A stretch of 64,000 nucleotides of DNA from Gammaproteobacteria bacterium (GTDB taxonomy: Bacteria > Pseudomonadota > Gammaproteobacteria > GCA-001735895), in the NCBI GenBank assembly GCA_050291745.1, contig JBNKKI010000173.1:3428-67427 (forward strand), written 5' to 3'. The notes beneath the pieces are model-generated. The model was given only the letters and a program-made list of their open reading frames with translations, was not told where the DNA came from and ran no database searches. Position numbers and translations under genes: made by a program. Positions 37,739-48,637 of the stretch are shown one piece after another (the first letter of the stretch is position 1; each line of letters starts with the position of its first letter).

Positions 37739-38515
37739 CTAGATAGCAAGATACTCATGTCGTAACTCTTCATTATCCAGTACTTCCTGTGCAGTGCCAT
37801 CAAACACAATATTACCCATATCAAGAATCAGTGCTCTATCAGCCAGACGTAAAGCGGCAACTGCATTCTGTTCCACAATAATGGTGGTAATACCCTGTTT
37901 TTTGATGCTATCTACAATGTTGGCAATTTCCTGCACAATAACAGGAGCCAGACCTTCATAAGGTTCATCTAACAGTAATAATTTAATATCACGGGCCAGC
38001 GCACGGGCTACAGCCAGCATTTGTTGTTCACCACCGGAAAGTGTTGTGCCAATTTGATTGCGACGTTCAGCCAGGCGTGGAAAGTGTTCATAAATACGAT
38101 CAATACCCCAGCCAATGGGTGGTGCTATCTGAGATAGCACTAAATTTTCTTCTACGGTTAATCCTGGAATTATTCGTCTATCTTCAGGTACCAGAGCAAC
38201 ACCATTCTGTGCCGCTTCATGTGCAGCCATACTATGAATAGGCTTATGATCCAGCCAGATTTCACCATGTGTCACCTGCGGGCTATCAACTCTGGCAATA
38301 GAGCGTAAAGTAGATGTTTTTCCCGCACCGTTTCGACCTAATAATGCAACCACTTCGCCTTCACGAATATCAAAGCTAACACCCTGTACGATATAACTTT
38401 CACCGTAATAGGAATGTACATCCCAGCAGGAAAAAAATGCAGGATCTGAGCCCTGGTTTAAAACAGGTTTTACTCGTTCTTCTACAACAACATCACCCAA
38501 TAATTGATTACTCAT
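37739..38515 (-). CDS. HAAT-family ABC transporter ATP-binding protein (LivF/UrtE-like)
   Basis: Walker A GRNGAGKTS, LSGGEQQMLAVARAL, Walker B LLLLDEP. Confidence 0.8.
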   Translation of the reverse strand: MSNQLLGDVVVEERVKPVLNQGSDPAFFSCWDVHSYYGESYIVQGVSFDIREGEVVALLGRNGAGKTSTLRSIARVDSPQVTHGEIWLDHKPIHSMAAHEAAQNGVALVPEDRRIIPGLTVEENLVLSQIAPPIGWGIDRIYEHFPRLAERRNQIGTTLSGGEQQMLAVARALARDIKLLLLDEPYEGLAPVIVQEIANIVDSIKKQGITTIIVEQNAVAALRLADRALILDMGNIVFDGTAQEVLDNEELRHEYLAI

Positions 38516-39269
38516 CTTCTGCTTCTCCCAGATAGGCTTCTTTTACTTTGGGGCTATTTCGAATTTCATCTGGCGTACCAGATGCGATAATACGTCCCTG
38601 GGCAAGTACGCTAATACGATCAGCCAGGCTGAATACAACATGCATATCATGTTCAATAATTATTTTGGTCATACCTCTTTTCTTAATTTTCTGAAGTAGA
38701 TCAATAGTTTTATTCGTATCGTGACGAGCCATACCTGCTGTGGGTTCATCCAGTAATAATAAACTTGGCTTTTGAATAAGACCCATTGCCAGTTCCAGGC
38801 GACGCTTATCCCCGCGCGATATACTGCCTGCATGCTGGTCATGAAATCTATCCAGACCCACATCGACTAAGGCTGCCATGGCATCTTCCTGTAATTGCTT
38901 TTCTTTTGACATGCTTTTAAAAGGGTTGAACTTAAAAGTGCCCTCTCTTTTAGCCAGTGCAGGAATTAATACATTTTCCAGAAGAGTAAGTTCAGGAAAA
39001 ATTTCAGGTGTCTGGAATACTCTTACCATACCTGCATGATTAATATCATAGGGTTCCATACCAATCATGTTATGACCATTAAAGGTAACAGTGCCCTCAT
39101 CAGGAATTAAACGGCCAATACAGCAGTTTAATAGTGTCGATTTTCCTGCTCCATTGGGACCGATAATAGCGTGAGTAGTGCCTTCTTCGATCTGTAATTT
39201 AATATCGGAGAGCGCATGTAATCCACCAAAAGTTTTATTAACGCCTTCAATTTCAAGAATCATACTCAT
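38508..39269 (-). CDS. HAAT-family ABC transporter ATP-binding protein (LivG/UrtD-like)
   Basis: Walker [10 protein letters not shown], signature-like [15 protein letters not shown] (degenerate LSGGQ), Walker [12 protein letters not shown]. Confidence 0.8.
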   Translation of the reverse strand: MSMILEIEGVNKTFGGLHALSDIKLQIEEGTTHAIIGPNGAGKSTLLNCCIGRLIPDEGTVTFNGHNMIGMEPYDINHAGMVRVFQTPEIFPELTLLENVLIPALAKREGTFKFNPFKSMSKEKQLQEDAMAALVDVGLDRFHDQHAGSISRGDKRRLELAMGLIQKPSLLLLDEPTAGMARHDTNKTIDLLQKIKKRGMTKIIIEHDMHVVFSLADRISVLAQGRIIASGTPDEIRNSPKVKEAYLGEAEDE

Positions 39270-40426
39270 GACTGTTCTCCTGAAGTTGCAGATATCTGGT
39301 CGTCAGGATCTTCGTCACTGATGCCTAATTTCTTTTTGAAGAATTTAAACAGTCTGGTGATGCCTTCCATCACACCACCCGGTAAAAAGATAACAACAAG
39401 CATAAACAATGCGCCTAATGTCAGGTGCCAGCCATCTCCAACAAAATTTTTGGTAATAGCGACTACAAAGTTTTCGACACCATCAGGCAAATAAGCAAAT
39501 GTTTCATGTAAGGCTGATTCATTCATGGCTGAAAAAATATTTTCAAAGTATTTAATTATGCCGACACCCAGTAAAGGACCGACCAAAGTACCAACACCGC
39601 CCAGAATCGTCATCAAAACGACTTCACCTGAAGCTGTCCACTGCATACGTTCAGCACCCGTCAATGGATCTGTAATAGCCATTAATGAACCTGCCAGTCC
39701 GGCATACATACCTGAAATAATAAAAGCGGTTAATAAATAAGGGCGTGTATTAAAACCGGTATATCGCATACGATTTTGATTTGATTTGATAGCCGTCAGC
39801 TTTAAACCAAATGGTGAACGGAAAATTTTCAATGAAATATAAAAACCAATTATCAACATGATGGCACAAAAATAAAATCCGGAGTAACCGCTCATTAACT
39901 GGCCAAATAAATTTGTCGAAGGTAAGCCTTCTTCAACTGTAACACCGGCTAGTGAGTCTATATATCGGGGATCATTTATAGATAATTGCAGTCCCGTTTC
40001 TCCATTAGTAATCGGCGTTAAAACGGAATAAGCCAGGCTGTAGGACATTTGTGCGAAAGCCAGTGTCAGTATCGAAAAATAGATTCCCGAACGTCGTAAA
40101 CTAATATAGCCGATAACAAGTGCAAATACGCCGGCCATTATTGTGCCAAGAATAATAGCTGGTATGACATTCATGGTAAAAAGCTTAAAACACCATACGG
40201 CAGTATAAGAACCTACACCCAGAAAAGTTGCATGGCCAAAAGACAGGTAACCGGTCAGGCCAAACAAAATATTGTAACCAATGGCAAAAATTCCAAAGAT
40301 TGCGAATTTCTGTAACAGATCGGGATAGTTAGCACCGATCGGGTCGAGCCAGATAGGTGCTGTTAGAACAACAGCTGAGAAAATCAGCATAATGACCAGG
40401 TTATTTTTTAAAGAAATCATCATCAA
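39266..40426 (-). CDS. HAAT-family ABC transporter permease (LivM/UrtC-like)
   Basis: 386 aa, ~9 TM, branched-chain amino acid permease family topology. Confidence 0.8.
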   Translation of the reverse strand: MMMISLKNNLVIMLIFSAVVLTAPIWLDPIGANYPDLLQKFAIFGIFAIGYNILFGLTGYLSFGHATFLGVGSYTAVWCFKLFTMNVIPAIILGTIMAGVFALVIGYISLRRSGIYFSILTLAFAQMSYSLAYSVLTPITNGETGLQLSINDPRYIDSLAGVTVEEGLPSTNLFGQLMSGYSGFYFCAIMLIIGFYISLKIFRSPFGLKLTAIKSNQNRMRYTGFNTRPYLLTAFIISGMYAGLAGSLMAITDPLTGAERMQWTASGEVVLMTILGGVGTLVGPLLGVGIIKYFENIFSAMNESALHETFAYLPDGVENFVVAITKNFVGDGWHLTLGALFMLVVIFLPGGVMEGITRLFKFFKKKLGISDEDPDDQISATSGEQS

Positions 40427-41439
40427 TCCTCCATCATGCCTTCACGCCCTAACAGACCGCGAGGCCTGACCAGGAGAATGACAACTGCGACTAGATAAAT
40501 AATAATTTGATCTATGCCGGGTAATATAGTTTTAATTTCATTCATGGAAGCAAACGACTGCAGTATGCCTAATAAAAAGCCTGCCGCCACCGCGCCTTCC
40601 AGTGAGCCCATACCTCCAACGACGACTACCACAAAGGAGAGCACCAGAAAGTCCATACCCATGTGATAATCGGGTGGTAATATCGGGGTGTACATGGCTC
40701 CAGCCAGACCGGCAACTATAGCCGCAATACCAAAAACAATGGTAAATCTACGTTGCACATTAATGCCCAGTAAGCTCACTGTTTCCCGATCAGCCATACC
40801 GGCACGAACAACCATGCCGAAAGTGGTGTATTTTAGAAAAGCGAAAACTGAAAATATCATTAAGCCAGAGAATGAAAGGTAAATTAATCGCCACCAGGGA
40901 TAGACCAGTGCTGCATCCAGTCCAAATAAAGCACCTACCGGAGCGCTGCCGGAAACTATTTGTGGAGCAGGGGTTGGTATCGGGTTGGCACCGAAAAAAG
41001 ATCTGATGATTTCCTGAATGACAATAGCCAGACCAAAAGTCACCAGGATTTGTTCAGCATGAGATCTTTTATAAAAATGTTTAATCAGGCCTCGTTCCAG
41101 TGCCACGCCAATCAATAGCATGACAGGAATAGCCAGTAAAATTGAAATTGGGACGGCATAATCTATGATCGTCGTGCCGGTATCGCCCCACCAGATTTCC
41201 AGATAGGGTTGCTCTTTATAAGCATCAAAGAAAGTAATGCTTTCATCTTTGACTTTTTTTGAAATAGTGAGTAATTGTTGCATGGAGACAGCACAAAATG
41301 CACCAAGCATAAATAATGCGCCGTGAGCAAAATTCACAATGCCCAGCGTGCCGAAAGTTAAGGTTAAACCCAGCGCAATTAATGCATAGGCCCCGCCTTT
41401 ATCCAGGCCGTTAAGTATTTGTATGAGGATCGCATCCAT
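40423..41439 (-). CDS. HAAT-family ABC transporter permease (LivH/UrtB-like)
   Basis: 338 aa polytopic membrane protein, translationally coupled to downstream permease. Confidence 0.8.
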   Translation of the reverse strand: MDAILIQILNGLDKGGAYALIALGLTLTFGTLGIVNFAHGALFMLGAFCAVSMQQLLTISKKVKDESITFFDAYKEQPYLEIWWGDTGTTIIDYAVPISILLAIPVMLLIGVALERGLIKHFYKRSHAEQILVTFGLAIVIQEIIRSFFGANPIPTPAPQIVSGSAPVGALFGLDAALVYPWWRLIYLSFSGLMIFSVFAFLKYTTFGMVVRAGMADRETVSLLGINVQRRFTIVFGIAAIVAGLAGAMYTPILPPDYHMGMDFLVLSFVVVVVGGMGSLEGAVAAGFLLGILQSFASMNEIKTILPGIDQIIIYLVAVVILLVRPRGLLGREGMMED

Positions 41440-41545
41440 AAGCTTACACTTCTAGTTAGGAATGAAACTGAACCAGTATAAAATACTGGCTCAGACAAAA
41501 AAGCCATACCACCTTACGATGGTATGGCCTGGACGTTAGCGAATT

Positions 41546-42883
41546 TTAAACCTTATAAGGCCCTAAATCACCACCAAAGATTGATGCATCGTACTCAACC
41601 TGTGAACGAGGCACTTCCTGAACAATTTCCAGCAGATCAAACTGGCTGGTTGGGTTCTGGTTACCACGTACCACAAGTACATCTTTAAAGCACTGATGAT
41701 CTGCAGCCCGGTACTCAGTCGCACCATTACCCATACCATCAAATTTAAAACCTTCCAGAGTTTTAATAACTTCAGGTGGATAGAAAGTACCTGCTTTTTC
41801 ACATGCATTGGCATATAGAAGTGTCTGAACATAACAGGTATGAGCCGCCATTGAAGGAGGGAAGCCATATTTAGCGCCAAACGACTTAACAAAGGCCTGT
41901 GAACCAGCATCTTTTAATGCCCAGTTCCAGTTAGTGGTACCAAGAATACCTTTCATATTCTCACCGGCACCCTGTGCCATCAAACGAGAAAATAATGGTA
42001 CGATGATTTCAAACTGCTTACCATTAACCATTTTATCGCGCAGACCAAATTGCACTGCCTGAGTCAATGAGTTAATCATATCCTTGCCATAATGGTTCAG
42101 GATTAGTACGTCTGCACCTGAATTCAATATTGGAGTGATATATTGTGAAAAGTCACCCGCGCCAACAGGTGTTTTAACTGTAGCTGTTGTTTTCCAGCCA
42201 AGTGCTTCAGTGGTATCTTTAATTGATTCTTCCTGAGTCCAGCCCCAGGTGTAATCAGCAGTCAGGTGATAGGCTTTTCTTTCTTTACCATATTCTTTTT
42301 CAAGAACAGGGCCTAATGCGCGACCAGACATATAAGCGTTAAAGAAGTGTCTGAAACCGTAACGACGCTTATCTTTACCTGTTGTATCGTTAGAGTGAGT
42401 CAGGCCAGCCATAAAAATGATGCCCATTTCCTGACATAAACCCTGCACAGCAACAGCAACACCAGAAGAAGAACCACCAGTGATCATAATAACGCGATCT
42501 TTTTCAATCATACGCTTGGCTGAAGCACGAGCTACAGGAGATTTTGTGGCAGTATCACCTGTTGCATATTCCACTTTTTTACCTAGCACGCCATTGCCTT
42601 TAAGGGATAAAGGTTTCATGGTATTTAACATACCGCCATCACCTTCACCGTTTAAATGCTCAACAGCTAGTTTATAGGCGCGTAATTCATCTGCTCCTTC
42701 ATCTGCATAAGCATTTGTCTGGGGAACGTTAAAACCAAATTTAACGCTTTTTCCTGTAGGGGCGTTTCTGAAATTCTCAGCAGCATAAGCTCCTTTAACA
42801 AAGAACATTGGTGAACTGGCAACTACACCTGTGGCGGCTGTAGCTTTCAAAAAGTCACGTCTAGTATTATTTTTTTTACTCAT
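41546..42883 (-). CDS. HAAT-family periplasmic substrate-binding protein with twin-arginine (Tat) signal
   Basis: MSKKNNTRRDFLKATAATGVVASSPMFFVKGAYA = S/T-R-R-x-F-L-K Tat motif; 445 aa type-I periplasmic binding fold (UrtA/amide-binding-like size). Confidence 0.7.
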   Translation of the reverse strand: MSKKNNTRRDFLKATAATGVVASSPMFFVKGAYAAENFRNAPTGKSVKFGFNVPQTNAYADEGADELRAYKLAVEHLNGEGDGGMLNTMKPLSLKGNGVLGKKVEYATGDTATKSPVARASAKRMIEKDRVIMITGGSSSGVAVAVQGLCQEMGIIFMAGLTHSNDTTGKDKRRYGFRHFFNAYMSGRALGPVLEKEYGKERKAYHLTADYTWGWTQEESIKDTTEALGWKTTATVKTPVGAGDFSQYITPILNSGADVLILNHYGKDMINSLTQAVQFGLRDKMVNGKQFEIIVPLFSRLMAQGAGENMKGILGTTNWNWALKDAGSQAFVKSFGAKYGFPPSMAAHTCYVQTLLYANACEKAGTFYPPEVIKTLEGFKFDGMGNGATEYRAADHQCFKDVLVVRGNQNPTSQFDLLEIVQEVPRSQVEYDASIFGGDLGPYKV

Positions 42884-43145
42884 ATGATTCCTCTAGAATT
42901 GTTGGGCTTCTGCTTGCGTATTAGGACAAAAGCATTGCCGTTTTATTTTATATCGTGCAGTGAATATCGATTACCTATATAGGGTTATCTGCAACACTGC
43001 TAAGCATATTAGCAATTTATAGGCCATAGTTTAAAAGCCCTTGAATTTATTGTGTTATTTCTAAACTATTTAACAAAAGCTATTGTCGTATGTTACCATG
43101 CGTAACACTCGATGTTTCCAGATGTAACATTTACTTTTAAAAGGC

Positions 43146-43349
43146 ATGGCTAAATCCTCAAAATTAAATATAACGGAGAAAACTTTAATCGTAGTATTGC
43201 TGGTGCTACTGATTTTTTTATCTCCCATTAACAATTTCTGGGCGGCCATAGATGCTCCCTGGTATAGCCCTTATCTGGCCTGGGCAGTGAGTATATTTTT
43301 AGCCTGGTTATTGCAGCGTAGCCTGAAAGAGCCTTCTGGTGATCAATGA
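43146..43349 (+). CDS. Small membrane protein translationally coupled to the SSF-domain sensor kinase (CbrX-like position)
   Basis: 67 aa, two predicted TM helices; stop overlaps the kinase start (ATGA at 43346). Confidence 0.4.
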   Translation: MAKSSKLNITEKTLIVVLLVLLIFLSPINNFWAAIDAPWYSPYLAWAVSIFLAWLLQRSLKEPSGDQ

Positions 43350-46282
43350 TATACCAGATCTGGCAACTATTTTTAATTAGTATTCTTTATCTTGGATTAT
43401 TGTTTATTATTGCTACAGCAGCAGATAAAAAGTGGTTACCTGAGTCTCTGATTAATCATCCCATCGTTTATACGCTATCTCTTGGTGTGTATGCCACTTC
43501 CTGGAGCTTTTATGGAAGTGTCGGTCTGGCGGAACGTGAGGGCTATACATTTCTAGCCGTTTATCTGGGTGTAACAATTGCCTTTCTGGCTTCTCCCATA
43601 TTGTTAAAACCTGTTCTGCGTCTAATTAAGGAATACCAGTTGTCATCTCTGGCGGATTTGATTGCCTTTCGCTATCACAGTCCTGTCAGCGGTATTCTGG
43701 TTACTCTGTTAATGCTTACTGGTGCTTTACCCTATATGGCATTACAGATTCAGGCAGTCACAGACTCTTTGCAAATTTTAACTCACGATACTCAGCCCGG
43801 ATTTATCTCTCTGGGGTTTTGTCTGATGATTACTCTGTTTGCAATTTTGTTTGGGGCAAGACATGTGACACCCAGAGAGAAACATGAAGGGCTGGTCGTG
43901 GCTATTGCCTTTGAATCACTGGTCAAGCTGGTCGCCTTAATGACAGTTGGTTTATATGCAGTGTTTGGTGTATTTAATGGATTTAACGGGTTTTCAGGTT
44001 GGCTGGAAAACAATACTGAAGCGACCCGTGCTCTCATGCAGCCCATCCATGATGGTCCCTGGGCTATGATGTTAATACTTTCATTCTCAGCGGCATTTCT
44101 ATTGCCCAGACAGTTCCATATGATTTTTGTGGAAAACCTGAAATCCTCAAATTTAAGCTTTGCGAGCTGGGCGTTTCCACTATTTCTGTTATTACTTAAT
44201 ATTTCTATACCGCCGATTTTATGGGCCGGACAATCTATGGATTTAAGTTATGGGCCCGATTTATTTGTACTGGGCGTTTCTATGCAAAGTCAGTCAGTTT
44301 TATTACCTGTATTTATTTTTATCGGTGGTGTTTCTGCGGCGAGTGCGATGATTATTGTTACCACCATAGCACTGGCTTCAATGTGTTTAAATCATTTAGT
44401 GTTGCCTGTGGTGCTGCCCAAGCAGAAGCAAAATTCGGTCAATCTTTATAGCCTGTTACTGTGGAGTAAAAGGATTCTGATTTTACTGATTATTCTGGCC
44501 GGTTATTCATTCTACCTTTTTCTGCAAACGCATCAGGAGTTAACCGACCTCGGTTTGATTTCCTTTGTTGCTGTCGCTCAGTTTTTGCCCGGTATTTTTG
44601 GTTTATTGTATTGGCGTAAAGCGAGTCGGCAGGGTTTTGTTGGCGGTCTGATCGTTGGTGGTTTAATCTGGATAGTGACTTTAATCCTGCCATTATTTGC
44701 TAAAGCAGGCTGGCTGGTCAATTCTCCTCTGGAAGCCATTATGCTGCCCATGTCATCTACTGATAGTGCGTTCTGGTCTTTGCTGGCTAATTCCTGTGTT
44801 TATGTACTGGCTTCAGTTTTATGGCCGCAAACTGATGAAGAACGCAAAGCTGCCAATGCCTGTTGCAATAATAATCAAAATCAAACCCATGCTATCCCGC
44901 TGGCAACCAGCATACAGCAATTTGAATCAGGTCTTGCAGAAACCATAGGCGCTGAAATAGCCACAAAGGAAATAAATCTGGCATTAGCTGATCTGGGGCT
45001 GTCAGATAAAATTCTGGATCGCACAGATTTTGCCAATCTCCGCATGCAAATCAGGCATAATCTTTCCGGTCTGATCGGGCCGGTACTTGCCAGTATGGTC
45101 GTTAACGAACAGCTGGAAATAGATACATCCGCTAAAGTCGCTATTGCCGATACCATACAGTATGTTGAAAAAAGTTTGCTGGATTCGCGCCTTGAATTAA
45201 AGGAAATTTCAGGTGAACTGGATTCCTTGCGACGTTTTCATCGTCAGGTACTACTTGATTTACCGCTTGCTGTGGTAACCATCAGTCCTGAACAGCAAAT
45301 TATCAGCTGGAACAGAGAGATGGAAAAACTGGCTGCTATTGAAGAGACTGCAGTGCTGGGGAAAGATCTCGCCCACCTGTCAAACCCCTGGTCGGATTTA
45401 TTAACTGCATTTATTGAAGGTGATGAAACTGTTTTAAGATCAACAAAAGTGAAGACCAGCAATGCCACGAGCATACTTAACTTATTCAAGTCCGATGTTA
45501 GTGGATCAACCGAAAATGAGAATCATGGCTATGTTGTCCTGCTACAGGATCAATCGGAAATTCACCAGCTTGAAACTGAGCTGGCACATAGTGAAAGGCT
45601 TGCTTCTATAGGTCGACTGGCTGCAGGTGTAGCTCATGAAATTGGTAATCCTGTCACTGGTATTGCCTGTCTGGCGCAGGATATTAAGGCGATGCCTGAT
45701 GACAGGGAGCTGCAACAGGAAAGCACCAGTGACATCCTGGATTTAACTAATAGAATTTCTACTATTGTGCATTCTTTACTCAGTTATAGTCACCTTGGTA
45801 CAGAGTTAGGCTATTCACCTGAACCAGTAAATTTACATAGTTTGATAGAAGAATCACTACGTCTGATATCTTTAAGCCATAAAGGTAAGCAAATTAATTT
45901 TGTAAATCATTGTGACACTGATTTAACTCTAATCGGAGATCATCAGAAACTATTACAGGTACTTGTCATTATTTTTTCGAATGCTATCGATGCTTCGCAG
46001 GAAGGAGATGAAATAGTAATAGATGTCGCAAAAAATAATGAATTTATTGAAATGAAAATTAGTGATGCAGGGCACGGTATTAATGAAAATATTATTCATA
46101 AAATATTTGACCCGTTTTTCACCACAAAAGAGGCTGGAGAAGGAACAGGCCTTGGCCTGTCTCTAGCCTATAACATTATCAGGGAGCATGATGGAAGTAT
46201 TGAAATAACCAGTCAACCAAATAAAGGTACGCAAGTAACTATTCAGCTACCTGAGTTAATTAAAGCGAAAAATTATGTCTGA
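43346..46282 (+). CDS. Sensor histidine kinase with N-terminal sodium:solute symporter (SSF) domain, CbrA-like
   Basis: 978 aa; ~500 aa 13-TM SSF-like domain, linker/PAS-like region, HisKA H-box (LASIGRLAAGVAHEIGNP), HATPase N, G1 (DAGHGI) and G2 (GTGLGLS) boxes. Confidence 0.8.
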   Translation: MIYQIWQLFLISILYLGLLFIIATAADKKWLPESLINHPIVYTLSLGVYATSWSFYGSVGLAEREGYTFLAVYLGVTIAFLASPILLKPVLRLIKEYQLSSLADLIAFRYHSPVSGILVTLLMLTGALPYMALQIQAVTDSLQILTHDTQPGFISLGFCLMITLFAILFGARHVTPREKHEGLVVAIAFESLVKLVALMTVGLYAVFGVFNGFNGFSGWLENNTEATRALMQPIHDGPWAMMLILSFSAAFLLPRQFHMIFVENLKSSNLSFASWAFPLFLLLLNISIPPILWAGQSMDLSYGPDLFVLGVSMQSQSVLLPVFIFIGGVSAASAMIIVTTIALASMCLNHLVLPVVLPKQKQNSVNLYSLLLWSKRILILLIILAGYSFYLFLQTHQELTDLGLISFVAVAQFLPGIFGLLYWRKASRQGFVGGLIVGGLIWIVTLILPLFAKAGWLVNSPLEAIMLPMSSTDSAFWSLLANSCVYVLASVLWPQTDEERKAANACCNNNQNQTHAIPLATSIQQFESGLAETIGAEIATKEINLALADLGLSDKILDRTDFANLRMQIRHNLSGLIGPVLASMVVNEQLEIDTSAKVAIADTIQYVEKSLLDSRLELKEISGELDSLRRFHRQVLLDLPLAVVTISPEQQIISWNREMEKLAAIEETAVLGKDLAHLSNPWSDLLTAFIEGDETVLRSTKVKTSNATSILNLFKSDVSGSTENENHGYVVLLQDQSEIHQLETELAHSERLASIGRLAAGVAHEIGNPVTGIACLAQDIKAMPDDRELQQESTSDILDLTNRISTIVHSLLSYSHLGTELGYSPEPVNLHSLIEESLRLISLSHKGKQINFVNHCDTDLTLIGDHQKLLQVLVIIFSNAIDASQEGDEIVIDVAKNNEFIEMKISDAGHGINENIIHKIFDPFFTTKEAGEGTGLGLSLAYNIIREHDGSIEITSQPNKGTQVTIQLPELIKAKNYV

Positions 46283-47600
46283 AATACTTATTGTAGAAGA
46301 TGAAAAAATTATTCGTGCCAGCCTTTCAAGATTATTGAACAGGCATGGCTTTTCTGTCAGTACAGCAGGATCAGTGAGCGAAGCTGAAGAGGAAGGCTTG
46401 CAGGGCTTTGATTTAATCATCGCTGATTTGCGATTACCCGGTTCTGAAGGTACAGCCTTAATACAGATGGCGCATCCCGTACCGGTATTAATCATGACCA
46501 GTTACTCATCGGTGCAGTCGGCAGTAGATGCTATGAAACAGGGCGCAGCTGATTATATTGCAAAACCCTATAATCATGATGAAATGATATTGACTGTAAA
46601 TAGATTACTGAAAAGTCAACAACTGGAAAATCAGAATAAGGCATTAAAACGGGAAATTGACAGTCTGCATCCAGTAAAAAACCTGACTGGTAAAAGTAAG
46701 TCAATATTACAGGTAAAAGATCGTATTCAACGGGTAGCGCAAACCGATACCAGTGTTTTAATATTAGGTGAAACAGGCACTGGAAAAGAACTTACTGCCA
46801 GAGCAATTCATGCACAAAGTGCGCGGTCAGACAAACCGTTGATTTGTATTAACTGTGCCTCTATTCCTGAAAATTTAATTGAGTCTGAACTATTCGGGCA
46901 TCAGAAAGGCGCTTTTACCGGAGCCTTGCAAAGTAGTAAGGGGTTAATTGCAACTGCAGACTCCGGGACTTTATTTTTAGATGAAATTGGTGAGTTATCT
47001 CTGGAGGCTCAGGCTCAGTTATTGCGTGTCTTGCAGGAAGGTGAGATACGTCGGGTGGGGTCAAATAAAATGCAATACGTCGATATTCGATTAATTGCTG
47101 CGACCCATCGGAATTTACTCGACATGGTAGAGCAAAAATTATTCCGTGAGGATTTGTATTATCGATTAAATGTTATGGAAATAACTTTACCACCTCTGCG
47201 TCAAAGAAGTGATGATATTTTACAGCTGGCCAATCAGATACTACATACTATATCTACTCGTTTTCAACGTTCAAATTTTAAATTTGATGAAGCTGCTGTT
47301 AAGCAGTTACAGTCATATCACTGGCCGGGTAATGTTCGAGAACTGGAAAATGTGATTGAGCGATCCATTATATTGAGTAATGGTGAAGTGATAACCGAAC
47401 AGGATCTTGGCCTTCAACATCAGCCTGATAGAAAAACATCAGCTGCTCTTTCAGCAGAATTATCGATGGATGAGTATTTCATTGAATTTATTAAGGAACA
47501 TCAGCATAAATTTAATGAAACCGAGTTATCGGCACGGCTGGGTATTAGTCGAAAAAATCTTTGGGAACGTCGACAAAAGCTGGGTATTCCAAGACCTTGA
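46275..47600 (+). CDS. Sigma-54-dependent response regulator (NtrC family), CbrB-like
   Basis: REC domain (DLIIADLRLPG), AAA+ sigma-54 activation domain with GETGTGKE Walker A, GAFTGA motif, C-terminal Fis-type HTH. Confidence 0.85.
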   Translation: MSEILIVEDEKIIRASLSRLLNRHGFSVSTAGSVSEAEEEGLQGFDLIIADLRLPGSEGTALIQMAHPVPVLIMTSYSSVQSAVDAMKQGAADYIAKPYNHDEMILTVNRLLKSQQLENQNKALKREIDSLHPVKNLTGKSKSILQVKDRIQRVAQTDTSVLILGETGTGKELTARAIHAQSARSDKPLICINCASIPENLIESELFGHQKGAFTGALQSSKGLIATADSGTLFLDEIGELSLEAQAQLLRVLQEGEIRRVGSNKMQYVDIRLIAATHRNLLDMVEQKLFREDLYYRLNVMEITLPPLRQRSDDILQLANQILHTISTRFQRSNFKFDEAAVKQLQSYHWPGNVRELENVIERSIILSNGEVITEQDLGLQHQPDRKTSAALSAELSMDEYFIEFIKEHQHKFNETELSARLGISRKNLWERRQKLGIPRP

Positions 47601-47753
47601 GGTAATCGCATAACGATTAGTCCGACAATTTTCAATGCTTACTATTGGAATACTGTGCAATATTAACCTTATTTCAGGGTTATGATAGTTATCCACTATT
47701 ACCTGAATCCGAATTTTCAGGTACTTATAAGAAATCTAAACTGGAGTTAATAT

Positions 47754-48635
47754 ATGAGTTTGCAATCGCCTGGTAAAACCTTTCGCGAACTGGTTAAAAC
47801 AGAAAAACCTTTGCAGTGTATCGGGGCTATTAATGCTTATCATGCAAAATTGGCTGAAGCTAGCGGGGCTAAGTCGCTATATATTTCTGGTGGTGGAGTT
47901 GCCGCCGGTTCCTGTGGTATTCCTGATCTGGGTATAACCACTATGGAAGATGTATTAACCGATTTACGCCGCATGACTGATATTACCGATTTGCCGGTAC
48001 TAGTCGATATTGATGTTGGCTGGGGTGGGGCTTTTAATATTGCACGTGCTGTTCGCTCTATGAGCAAGATGGGTGCTGCTGCAGTACATCTTGAAGATCA
48101 GGTAATGCAAAAACGTTGTGGTCACAGACCCAATAAAGCCATTGTAACTCAGGCAGAAATGGTTGATCGGGTAAAGGCTGCGGTAGATGCTAAAACGGAT
48201 GAGGATTTTGTTATCATGGCACGCACAGATGCCCTTGCCGTAGAAGGTTTGCAGTCTGCTATAGACCGCGCCTGTGCCTGTGTAGAGGCGGGTGCCGATA
48301 TGATTTTTCCTGAAGCTATTACTGAGCTTGAGATGTATCAGCAGTTTACCGATGCCGTTAAGGTGCCTGTTTTAGCCAATATTACTGAATTTGGTTCGAC
48401 CCCTCTTTTCACGACTGAGCAACTTGCCGGAGCCGGTGTCTCAATTGCTTTATATCCATTATCTGCTTTTCGCGCTGCCAACGCTGCGGCACTTAAAGTT
48501 TATCAGGCATTAATTACTGAAGGCACTCAACAAAACGTATTAGATACTATGCAGACTCGCGATGATCTTTATGAATATCTTGGTTACCATAGTTTCGAAC
48601 AGAAATTAGATGCATTATTCTCGGAGGAAAAATAA
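47754..48635 (+). CDS. prpB: 2-methylisocitrate lyase
   Basis: 293 aa, near-collinear with PrpB ([10 protein letters not shown]..., [12 protein letters not shown] catalytic region, MARTDA). Confidence 0.9.
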   Translation: MSLQSPGKTFRELVKTEKPLQCIGAINAYHAKLAEASGAKSLYISGGGVAAGSCGIPDLGITTMEDVLTDLRRMTDITDLPVLVDIDVGWGGAFNIARAVRSMSKMGAAAVHLEDQVMQKRCGHRPNKAIVTQAEMVDRVKAAVDAKTDEDFVIMARTDALAVEGLQSAIDRACACVEAGADMIFPEAITELEMYQQFTDAVKVPVLANITEFGSTPLFTTEQLAGAGVSIALYPLSAFRAANAAALKVYQALITEGTQQNVLDTMQTRDDLYEYLGYHSFEQKLDALFSEEK

Positions 48636-48637
48636 AC

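Noticed and set aside
47600-47753. Sigma-54 promoter upstream of prpB (TTGGAATACTGTGCAATA)
   Set aside because: GG and GC elements are spaced 10 rather than 12 positions apart, so it does not fit the -24/-12 consensus; left as something to test computationally
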